A DNA stretch of 32,000 bases. Source: Cereibacter sphaeroides 2.4.1 (GTDB lineage: Bacteria > Pseudomonadota > Alphaproteobacteria > Rhodobacterales > Rhodobacteraceae). The stretch lies in the NCBI RefSeq assembly GCF_000012905.2, contig NC_007493.2, positions 2,820,001-2,852,000 of the forward strand, written 5' to 3'. How positions within the stretch are numbered: position 1 is the first letter of the stretch; the number at the start of each line of letters is the position of its first letter. A model generated the notes under the pieces. That model searched no databases, was not told where the DNA came from, and worked only from the letters and a program-made list of their open reading frames with translations. Shown here piece after piece: positions 23,646-30,761 of the stretch. A program made the position numbers and the translations under genes.

Positions 23646-24697
23646 CGCATCTGTGGGTCCGGGCCGAGCAGCGGCCGAACGAGGAACGGGTCGGGCTGAC
23701 GCCCGAGGGCGCCGCGGCGCTGATCGCACGGGGCCTCCGGGTGACCGTCGAGGCCAGCCGCCCGCGCGCCCTCTCGATCGAGGGCTATGCCGCCGCGGGC
23801 TGTGCGATCGCGCCCGAGAATTCCTGGCCCACGGCCCCGGCCGATGCCATCGTCTTCGGCCTGAAGGAGCTGCCCGAGGACGGCACGCCGCTGCGGCACC
23901 GCCATATCCTGTTCGGCCACGCCTACAAGGGCCAGCCCGCCGGGCGCATCCTGCTCGAGCGGTTCCGGGCCGGCGGCGGCACGCTCTACGATCTCGAGTC
24001 GCTCGTGGATGAGAGCGGGCGCCGCGTCGCGGCCTTCGGCTACTGGGCGGGCTATGCCGGCGCCGCGGTGGCGCTGAAATGCTGGGCGGCGCAGGCACGG
24101 GGCGGGATCTGCGCCCCCGTGACGACCTGGCCCGGACGCGAGGGCCTGCTGGCCGACCTCGGAGCCGAGCTCACGTCCGCCGGCGCCCGCCAGCCGCGCG
24201 CCCTCGTGATCGGGGCCCGCGGCAGGGTCGGCACCGGCGCCGCCGACCTCTGCGAGTCGATGGGCCTCGCCGTCACCCGCTGGGACATGGAGGAGACGGC
24301 CCACGGCGGCCCCTTCCCCGAGGTGCTCGCGCACGAGATCTTCCTGAACTGCATCCTTGCCCGCCCCGGCTGCCCGGTCTTCGTGCCCGCCGAGGCGCTC
24401 GAGGCGCCGCGCGCGCTGCGGGTGATCGGAGACATCGCCTGCGATCCGACCTCCGACTTCTCGCCGGTCAAGGTCTACGACCGCACGACGAGCTGGACCG
24501 CCCCGGCCCTGCGGGTCCATGACGATCCGATGCTCGACGTGATGGCCATCGACAACCTGCCCTCGCTCCTGCCGGTCGAGAGCAGCGTGGATTACGCGGC
24601 CCAGCTTCTGCCCTCGCTCCTCACCCTCGACCGGATCGAGGAGGGCGTCTGGGGCCGCGCGAAGGCCGAGTTCGACCGGCACATGACCCCGGCCTGA
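23642..24697 (+). CDS. Saccharopine dehydrogenase (NAD+, L-lysine-forming; Lys1-type, AlaDH/PNT fold)
   Basis: Lies inside track ORF 23501..24697. ATG 23642 overlaps the WGR stop (ATGA). MTHLWVRAEQRPNEERVGLTP, GLKELPEDGTPL, HAYKGQ, GGTLYDLESLVDESGRRVAAFGYWAGYAGAA closely parallel my recollection of yeast Lys1. Confidence 0.88.
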   Translation: MTHLWVRAEQRPNEERVGLTPEGAAALIARGLRVTVEASRPRALSIEGYAAAGCAIAPENSWPTAPADAIVFGLKELPEDGTPLRHRHILFGHAYKGQPAGRILLERFRAGGGTLYDLESLVDESGRRVAAFGYWAGYAGAAVALKCWAAQARGGICAPVTTWPGREGLLADLGAELTSAGARQPRALVIGARGRVGTGAADLCESMGLAVTRWDMEETAHGGPFPEVLAHEIFLNCILARPGCPVFVPAEALEAPRALRVIGDIACDPTSDFSPVKVYDRTTSWTAPALRVHDDPMLDVMAIDNLPSLLPVESSVDYAAQLLPSLLTLDRIEEGVWGRAKAEFDRHMTPA

Positions 24698-24714
24698 CGG
24701 TCCCGTCGGGGCAA

Positions 24715-24737
24715 CGCGCCCCGCGAGGCAGGGCGCG
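24715..24737. terminator. GC hairpin CGCGCCC-N9-GGGCGCG between convergent genes
   Basis: 7-bp stem read directly. An alternative CGGGGC-AACGC-GCCCCG stem overlaps it. No U-tract. Confidence 0.4.
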
Positions 24738-24743
24738 TCCGTC

Positions 24744-25481
24744 TCAGCCCTTGCCGAGCAGCCGGTAGAACAGCCCGTCCGGCAGGAGCTGCGAGAAGCG
24801 GAAGAACGAGGCGAAGAGCACCGGGAAGTTGGCACGGAAATTGTCCGCGCACATATGTTCGAACATCCGCTGCGCGGCCGCCTCGGGCTCCATGATGAAG
24901 GGCATGCGGAACCGGTTCTTCTCGGTCAGCCGCGTGCGGATGAAGCCCGGGTTCACGAGCTGCACCTCGACGCCCGTGTCGCGCAGATCGGCATAGAGCG
25001 ACTCGGTCAGGGCCATCACGCCTGCCTTGCTGGCCGAATAGCCGATGGCGCCCGGCAGGCCGCGATAGCCGCCGATGCTGCCCGTCACCACCAGATGGCC
25101 GCGGTTCGCAGCGATCATGCCCGGAAGCACCGCCGACAGAAGCCGCACGAGCCCCAGAAGGTTCGTGTCGATCATCGCCTCGACCCGGCTCGCCTCCCAG
25201 GCCTGCGCCTTCATCGGCCAGTAGGCGCCGGCGAGGTAGACCACCCCGTCGAAGGCGCCGACCTGCGCGAGCGCCGCCTCGATCGAGGCCTCGGAGGTCA
25301 CGTCGAGGGTGACCGCCTCGGCGGGCGCCGGCATGGCCGCCACGGCCTCTGCCAGCCGGGCCTCGTCGCGACCCGACAGGATCACCTTCGCCCCCGCGCC
25401 GCTCAGTTTCTTCGCCAGCGCGAGACCGAGGCCCTCGCTGCCGCCGATGAGCCAATACCGCTTACCTACAAAGTCTCTCAT
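24744..25481 (-). CDS. SDR-family oxidoreductase, last gene of the sigma-E-dependent operon
   Basis: 245 aa. LIGGSEGLGLALA, catalytic YSASK. Its start overlaps the DUF3833 stop (ATGA). Confidence 0.9.
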   Translation of the reverse strand: MRDFVGKRYWLIGGSEGLGLALAKKLSGAGAKVILSGRDEARLAEAVAAMPAPAEAVTLDVTSEASIEAALAQVGAFDGVVYLAGAYWPMKAQAWEASRVEAMIDTNLLGLVRLLSAVLPGMIAANRGHLVVTGSIGGYRGLPGAIGYSASKAGVMALTESLYADLRDTGVEVQLVNPGFIRTRLTEKNRFRMPFIMEPEAAAQRMFEHMCADNFRANFPVLFASFFRFSQLLPDGLFYRLLGKG

Positions 25482-26038
25482 CTCTCGATCCGTCTCAGTG
25501 TCGCCACAAGCTCGGCCACCTTGATCCCGAACTTACGGAACTGGCTCCGATTGATGATCGTGCCATTCTCCAGCCGGTACATCCAGTCAATGACGTCCAG
25601 CACATGGCCCCCTGCGTCATCTTGAAGCCGCAGCCGGTAGCGCAGGCAGAGCGCCGATCCGAGGGCCCGTCCGAGGCCCACGCCCACCACATCGTCGGCC
25701 TCGGCGCGCAGCGTTCCGTCATTGCCGAGCGTGAAGCGCCACTCGCGCCGGTCGGTCGCGCCGCTGTCGTAGCGGAAGCTCTCGGTCAGCACCCCGGAGC
25801 TGCCATCCCAGCGGCCTTCCACATCGGCCACGAAGCGCGAGACGACCCGCCCGGTCGGCCCGTAGACGACGCCCTCGCAGAGGATCGGCCCCGAGAGATC
25901 CCGCCGCGGATCGAGCGACGGCCCCTGCGCGGCATAATCCTCCGGGCGCTGCGCGGCGAAGGAGAGCATGCGGTGGCGCAGAGCCAGCAGCGTAAGGGGG
26001 ATGAGGGCGCCGAGGGCCACGAACAGGAACGAACTCAC
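25478..26038 (-). CDS. DUF3833-like protein (N-terminal TM/signal anchor)
   Basis: 186 aa with a GTG start. MSSFLFVALGALIPLTLLAL..., FRYDSGATDRREWRF..., WMYRLENGTIINR. Family assignment is from memory of the conserved neighbourhood with DUF1365 and amine-oxidase genes. Confidence 0.8.
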   Translation of the reverse strand: MSSFLFVALGALIPLTLLALRHRMLSFAAQRPEDYAAQGPSLDPRRDLSGPILCEGVVYGPTGRVVSRFVADVEGRWDGSSGVLTESFRYDSGATDRREWRFTLGNDGTLRAEADDVVGVGLGRALGSALCLRYRLRLQDDAGGHVLDVIDWMYRLENGTIINRSQFRKFGIKVAELVATLRRIER

Positions 26039-26041
26039 GGG

Positions 26042-27247
26042 TCAACTCTCCGGGATGGGGGTGGCAAGGAGCAGGAGGATGGCGATGGCCTTCAGTCCGC
26101 AGGGCACGAGCGCATAGAGCACCGACAGGAGCATGAGCGCCTCGGCCGGCCCGCCGCTGCCGGGCTCGAAGCCTGCGCGCTGCAGGAGGGGCAGCAGCGT
26201 CGCCGCGGCGAGGGCGAGCGCCAGCTTCGAGGCGAAGGACCAGAGACCGAAGGCCGTGGCCTCGCCCGCCCCGCTCTGCGCCAGATGGCGGGCGAAGATC
26301 GCGGGCAGGAGCACCATGTCCGCGCCCAGCGCCGCTCCCGAGGCCGCGCAGATCAGGGCGAAGGCCGCGACGTCGCCGGCGTCCAGCGTGAAGGCGAAGA
26401 TGAAGGCGACCACCGACAGCGCCATGCCGGCGAGGAGCGCGCGCCTCGCTCCGACATGCCGGGCCATGCGGCTCCAGCCCGGGGCACTGGCCGCCGCCGC
26501 GAGGAAGAAAAGCAGGAGGAGCGGCCCCTCGGACCCCGGGGCGCGGAGGCGGCTTTCGACGAAGAACAGGAACAAAGTGGAGGTGACGGCCACCGGCGCC
26601 GCATTGACCAGCGCGAGGAGGAGAAGCCGCCGGATCGTCGGATCGCGCAGCACCGCGCGCAGGTCGGGCTGCGGCGCGGCGGCCGAGCCCGTCCATTCGC
26701 GCCTCATGGCCAGCCAGGCCACCGCCGCAAAGGCCGCGAAGCCCCAGGCGAAGAGGCCGAAGCTGCCGAGCGCCACCGGAGCCACCGCCGCAAGCGACAC
26801 GCCCACGAGCGCCCCGGCCTCGCGCCATCCTGCGAGCTGCAGGTGCCCGCCGGGGCCGAGCCGCCCGGCCTTGGCCACGCCTTCGGAGTAGAAGGCGATG
26901 GTGAGAAAGGAGAAGGCAGAGAACAGCACGACCAGCATCAGGGCGAACCACAGGAGCGGCGCCACCGGCGGCACGACCGCGAAGAGCCCGACCATGGACA
27001 GCGCGAGCAGGAAGAGCGCCCCCGCCACCATGGCGGCCCGCCTCTGCCGCGTCACCTCGGCCAGCCAGCCCAGGGCCGGATCCTGCACCACATCGACAAG
27101 CCTCAGGCCCGCCAGCACCGCCCCCAGCGCGCCGAGGCTCACGCCATATTCGTCCACATAGACCTTCGGCGCATGGATGTAGATCGGCAGGCCGGCAGCC
27201 GCGATCAGCCCCGCGAGGAGCGACCACGGCAGAAGCCGCGCACTCAC
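26042..27247 (-). CDS. MFS-type transporter (GPH/MelB-like signature)
   Basis: 401 aa with about 12 hydrophobic segments. RLVDVVQDPALGW resembles the GPH-family D-x-x-x-DP motif. The GTG start overlaps the DUF1365 stop (GTGA). The competing 502-aa ORF in another frame (25719..27227) is Arg/Gly/Ala-rich and not protein-like. Confidence 0.85.
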   Translation of the reverse strand: MSARLLPWSLLAGLIAAAGLPIYIHAPKVYVDEYGVSLGALGAVLAGLRLVDVVQDPALGWLAEVTRQRRAAMVAGALFLLALSMVGLFAVVPPVAPLLWFALMLVVLFSAFSFLTIAFYSEGVAKAGRLGPGGHLQLAGWREAGALVGVSLAAVAPVALGSFGLFAWGFAAFAAVAWLAMRREWTGSAAAPQPDLRAVLRDPTIRRLLLLALVNAAPVAVTSTLFLFFVESRLRAPGSEGPLLLLFFLAAAASAPGWSRMARHVGARRALLAGMALSVVAFIFAFTLDAGDVAAFALICAASGAALGADMVLLPAIFARHLAQSGAGEATAFGLWSFASKLALALAAATLLPLLQRAGFEPGSGGPAEALMLLSVLYALVPCGLKAIAILLLLATPIPES

Positions 27248-27993
27248 CGCGTGACGTCTTGCAGCGGCGGCGCGGGGCGGCTGCGGTAGCGCGCCCCCTT
27301 CAGCGCCAGCTTAAGCGCCTGCCAGTGGATCAGCGCCAGCACGCGGCGCGACCCGAAGGGCCGCCGGAGGCAGGCGCGCAGGATCCCCCGGTTCGACAGC
27401 CGCGCTCGCCGGCCCGTAAGCGTGGCATAGAGCCCGCCCTCGGCGGAGCTGTAGTCGATCCAGACGCCCACCCGATCCTCGCGGATGTCGAAGCGGAAGC
27501 GATAGCCGCCCTCGATCGGCTGGAAGGGCGAGACATGCATGATCTTGGCCGCCTCGAGCGTGTCCGTCCGCTCGATGACGGAGCCGTCGGGCTTGGCGCA
27601 GAGATACCAGTGCCGGTCGCCGAAGGTGTTGCTGACCTCGGCCACCACGCAGCGGAGCGCGCCCGCGGCATCCTCGCAGAGCCAGAAGCTGACCGGGTTG
27701 AACACATGGCCCAGCACCCGCGGCTGGGTCAGCAGCAGGATGCGCGCGGCGGGCGGCAGCCCCTGCGCCGCCAGCACCTCGCGCACCCACGCTGCGCCCC
27801 GTCCCTCGCCCGGCGCACCGCCGTAGTCGCGATCGTGGAGCGAGATGAGGTTGGCCCGGTTGCGCGAGAAGAGCGCCGGCCCCTCCACCGCCTCGGGATC
27901 GATCAGCAGATAATCCACCCCGTAGCGAAAGCTGTTGCCGAGCGCCCCCTTGCGCCCGTGGAAGGTCTCGCCCTGCACATGATCGACCCACAT
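27244..27993 (-). CDS. ufaO: DUF1365 protein; UfaO-type furan fatty acid oxygenase (symbol from memory)
   Basis: Track ORF 27244..28074. ATG 27993 (MWVDHVQGETFHGRKGALGNSFRYGVDYLLID) is preceded by GAGGGG, 6 nt upstream, which overlaps the upstream stop. Confidence 0.85.
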   Translation of the reverse strand: MWVDHVQGETFHGRKGALGNSFRYGVDYLLIDPEAVEGPALFSRNRANLISLHDRDYGGAPGEGRGAAWVREVLAAQGLPPAARILLLTQPRVLGHVFNPVSFWLCEDAAGALRCVVAEVSNTFGDRHWYLCAKPDGSVIERTDTLEAAKIMHVSPFQPIEGGYRFRFDIREDRVGVWIDYSSAEGGLYATLTGRRARLSNRGILRACLRRPFGSRRVLALIHWQALKLALKGARYRSRPAPPLQDVTR

Positions 27994-28003
27994 GACGCGC
28001 CCC

Positions 28004-29296
28004 TCAGGCCGCGGCCGAGGCGGGAATGCGCCGGCGCATCGCCTCGACAACATCCACAGCGCTGGCAAAGCCATCCTCGTGGAAGCCGTTGCGCATCCAG
28101 GCGCCCGCGAACCAGGTCTGACGCTGGCCGTTCATCATCCGCAGCGCCGCCACGCCCAGCTGCGCCGCGAGGTCGTAGACCGGGTGGCGGAAGGTCGCCA
28201 CATCATGCACCAGTTCCTCGCGCACCGGGCGGGTGCCGTTCAGCGTCACGAACAGCGGATCGTCCTGCGGGATGGGCTGCAGCGAGTTCATCCAGTAGGT
28301 GATGTCGATGGGCGCCTCCGGATCGTCAGGCTCGACATAGACCCAGGAGGCCCAGGCGGCCTTGCGCTTCGGCATGACCGACGGATCGGAATGCAGCACC
28401 GCCCGGTTCGGCTGGTAGCGCACGGCCCCGAGCGCGCTCGTCTCGGCCTCCGTCGCATCGGACAGAAGCCGCAGCGTATCGTCGGAATGGGTGGCGAAGA
28501 TCACCTCGTCGAAGGCCTCCCACTCGCCGCCCTCGGCCCGCACCCGCACCCCGCCGTCCGCGCGGCGCACGCCGGCCACCTGCGCCCCGGTGCGCAGGTC
28601 CACCCCGCGCGCCGCCATCGCGGCCTGCAGCCGGGTGACATATTCGATCGAGCCGCCCTCGACCGTGAACCACTGGTGCTGCCCCGTATGGGACAGGAGC
28701 GCATGGTTCTGGAAGAAGCGCAGCAGTGCCTGCGCCGGGAAGTCGAGGATCCCGCGCGAGGGCGTGGACCAGATCGCCCCCGAGATCGGCAGGAGGTAAT
28801 AGTCCCGGAACCAGTCGCCGAGGTCGAGCCGCGCGAGCAGCTCGCGGATCGTCATGGCCGGATCGTCCGCATGGTCGAGCGCATGGGCGTTGAAGCGCAG
28901 CACATCCATCATCATGTTGAGGAAGCGCGGATCCGCCATGTTGCGCTTCTGCGCGAAGACGGATTTCAGGTTCTTGAGGCCGTATTCCAGCCGCCCGCCG
29001 CGAACCGAGGCGCCGAAGCTCATGTCACTCTTCGCCACCGGCACGCCGAGCTCGTCGAAGAGCCGCGTGAGGTGCGGATAATTCACCTTGTTGAACACGA
29101 TGAAGCCCGTGTCGACAGGCTGGTCGCCGCGCTTGCCCGCGAGGACCGTGCGGGCGTGCCCCCCGAGCCGCTTCTCGGCCTCGAACAGCACGACCGCATG
29201 GTCGGAGGCCAGAAGATGCGCCGCAGCCATCCCCGAGATGCCCCCACCGATCACCGCAACGCGCCGCCGCGCGAACTCAGACGTCTCGAATGGCAT
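28004..29296 (-). CDS. ufaD: FAD-dependent amine-oxidase-like oxidoreductase; UfaD-type fatty acyl desaturase (symbol from memory)
   Basis: Track ORF 28004..29341. ATG 29296 (MPFETSEFARRRVAVIGGGISGMAAAHLLA, GxGxxG FAD motif) has GGGGAA 6 nt upstream. The longer start at 29341 would lie upstream of the predicted promoter -10 element. Confidence 0.88.
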   Translation of the reverse strand: MPFETSEFARRRVAVIGGGISGMAAAHLLASDHAVVLFEAEKRLGGHARTVLAGKRGDQPVDTGFIVFNKVNYPHLTRLFDELGVPVAKSDMSFGASVRGGRLEYGLKNLKSVFAQKRNMADPRFLNMMMDVLRFNAHALDHADDPAMTIRELLARLDLGDWFRDYYLLPISGAIWSTPSRGILDFPAQALLRFFQNHALLSHTGQHQWFTVEGGSIEYVTRLQAAMAARGVDLRTGAQVAGVRRADGGVRVRAEGGEWEAFDEVIFATHSDDTLRLLSDATEAETSALGAVRYQPNRAVLHSDPSVMPKRKAAWASWVYVEPDDPEAPIDITYWMNSLQPIPQDDPLFVTLNGTRPVREELVHDVATFRHPVYDLAAQLGVAALRMMNGQRQTWFAGAWMRNGFHEDGFASAVDVVEAMRRRIPASAAA

Positions 29297-29322
29297 GCCA
29301 ATTTCCCCGTTCCCTTGCGACA

Positions 29323-29350
29323 GATACGGACTGTCGCCCAAGGCGGATCA
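29323..29350 (-). promoter_or_regulatory. Sigma-E (RpoE)-type promoter for the ufaD operon: TGATCC-N16-CGTATC on the minus strand
   Basis: Plus-strand GGATCA at 29345-29350 and GATACG at 29323-29328, with a 16-nt spacer. Same architecture as the rpoE promoter 30 bp away. Confidence 0.8.
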
Positions 29351-29380
29351 GTCCGCCCGCGCTTTTTCCCGCCTCCCGCC

Positions 29381-29410
29381 TGATCCAGACTGGCCCGGCC
29401 GCCGTAAGAA
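29381..29410 (+). promoter_or_regulatory. Sigma-E autoregulated promoter of rpoE-chrR: TGATCC-N16-CGTAAGAA
   Basis: TGATCC at 29381-29386, a 16-nt spacer, then CGTAAGAA at 29403-29410. Matches my recollection of R. sphaeroides rpoE P1. About 100-nt leader to GTG 29511. Confidence 0.85.
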
Positions 29411-29510
29411 GGACGTTAAGATCACGGCAGGAGTCCATCCGAAAAATGCGGATGCAAGCCGGGGGAGGGTTTCCTATCTTCACCTCCGGGCGGCAAGGGG
29501 AAGGCCTGTT

Positions 29511-30056
29511 GTGACGGACAAGAGTGACAGGACGGACTGGGTGGCGCTCATGCGTGCGATCCGGGATCATCGGGACGAGGCGGCCTTCGCAGAGCTGTTC
29601 CAGCACTTTGCGCCGAAGGTGAAGGGCTTCCTGATGAAATCCGGCAGCGTGGCCTCCCAGGCCGAGGAATGTGCGCAGGATGTGATGGCAACGGTCTGGC
29701 AGAAGGCTCATCTCTTCGATCCCTCGCGGGCATCGGTCGCGACATGGATCTTCACGATTGCGCGGAACCGCCGGATCGACGGCCTGCGCAAGGACCGCCA
29801 GCCCGAGCCCGAGGATCTCTTCTGGGGCCCCGACAGCGAGCCTGACCAGGCCGACGTCTATGAGATGCAGCAGGAGAACGCCCGCCTGGGCCGCGCCATC
29901 GCCCGCCTGCCCGAGGCGCAGCGGGCCCTGATCGAGCGGGCCTTCTTCGGCGACCTCACCCACCGGGAACTCGCGGCCGAGACCGGACTTCCCCTCGGAA
30001 CCATCAAGTCGCGGATCCGGCTCGCGCTGGACCGTCTGCGCCAGCATATGAGTTGA
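29511..30056 (+). CDS. rpoE: ECF (group IV) sigma factor RpoE (sigma-E, singlet-oxygen response)
   Basis: Lies inside track ORF 29088..30056. GTG 29511 gives (M)TDKSDRTDWVALMRAIRDHRDEAAFAELF. Region 2 DVMATVWQKAHLFD...WIFTIARN; region 4 LTHRELAAETGLPLGTIKSRIRLAL. Confidence 0.93.
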   Translation: MTDKSDRTDWVALMRAIRDHRDEAAFAELFQHFAPKVKGFLMKSGSVASQAEECAQDVMATVWQKAHLFDPSRASVATWIFTIARNRRIDGLRKDRQPEPEDLFWGPDSEPDQADVYEMQQENARLGRAIARLPEAQRALIERAFFGDLTHRELAAETGLPLGTIKSRIRLALDRLRQHMS

Positions 30057-30064
30057 GTGAGACC

Positions 30065-30706
30065 ATGACGATCCGGCACCATGTTTCCGACGCCCTGCTG
30101 ACCGCCTATGCGGCGGGCACGCTTTCCGAAGCCTTCTCTCTGGTGGTGGCCACGCACCTGTCGCTCTGCGACGAGTGCCGCGCCCGCGCCGGCGCGCTCG
30201 ATGCGGTGGGGGGCAGCCTGATGGAGGAGACGGCGCCGGTCGCGCTCTCCGAGGGCAGCCTCGCCTCCGTCATGGCCCAGCTCGACCGGCAGATCCAGAG
30301 GCCAGCCCCGGCGCGCCGCGCCGATCCGCGCGCGCCCGCGCCGCTGGCCGATTATGTGGGCAGGCGGCTCGAGGACGTCCGCTGGCGCACCCTCGGCGGC
30401 GGCGTGCGGCAGGCGATCCTGCCGACGGGAGGAGAGGCCATCGCCCGGCTGCTCTGGATCCCCGGCGGGCAGGCGGTGCCGGATCACGGCCACCGCGGGC
30501 TCGAGCTGACGCTCGTCCTGCAGGGCGCCTTCCGCGACGAGACCGACCGGTTCGGCGCCGGCGATATCGAGATCGCGGATCAGGAGCTGGAACATACGCC
30601 GGTGGCCGAGCGGGGCCTCGACTGCATCTGCCTCGCCGCCACCGATGCGCCGCTGCGCTTCAACAGCTTCCTACCGAAGCTGGTGCAGCCCTTCTTCCGC
30701 ATCTGA
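30065..30706 (+). CDS. chrR: Anti-sigma-E factor ChrR (ZAS N-terminal domain + C-terminal cupin)
   Basis: ATG 30065 gives MTIRHHVSDALLTAYAAGTL (213 aa). Zinc anti-sigma motif H-x3-C-x2-C (HLSLCDEC). Cupin His cluster PDHGHRGLELTLVLQG...EHTP. The track start TTG 30053 is less likely. Confidence 0.92.
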   Translation: MTIRHHVSDALLTAYAAGTLSEAFSLVVATHLSLCDECRARAGALDAVGGSLMEETAPVALSEGSLASVMAQLDRQIQRPAPARRADPRAPAPLADYVGRRLEDVRWRTLGGGVRQAILPTGGEAIARLLWIPGGQAVPDHGHRGLELTLVLQGAFRDETDRFGAGDIEIADQELEHTPVAERGLDCICLAATDAPLRFNSFLPKLVQPFFRI

Positions 30707-30726
30707 CCGCCGCGCCGGTTGGGCGA

Positions 30727-30759
30727 CCCCTGTCATTCACGAAGCGCGAATGACAGGGG
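30727..30759. terminator. Perfect 12-bp-stem hairpin between convergent chrR and rmuC (bidirectional terminator candidate)
   Basis: CCCCTGTCATTC-ACGAAGCGC-GAATGACAGGGG, read directly. It fills most of the 55-nt intergenic gap. Confidence 0.6.
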
Positions 30760-30761
30760 CA

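Noticed and set aside
25604-27289. 561-aa plus-strand ORF and 502-aa minus-strand ORF (25719..27227) overlapping the MFS gene
   Set aside because: Both are Arg/Gly/Glu- or Arg/Ala/Gly-rich with no TM segments or domains. The 401-aa frame gives a coherent multi-TM transporter with operon-consistent overlaps.
27992-29383. 463-aa plus-strand ORF antisense to ufaD
   Set aside because: It has no recognisable domain, and the minus strand has a clear GxGxxG FAD oxidoreductase.
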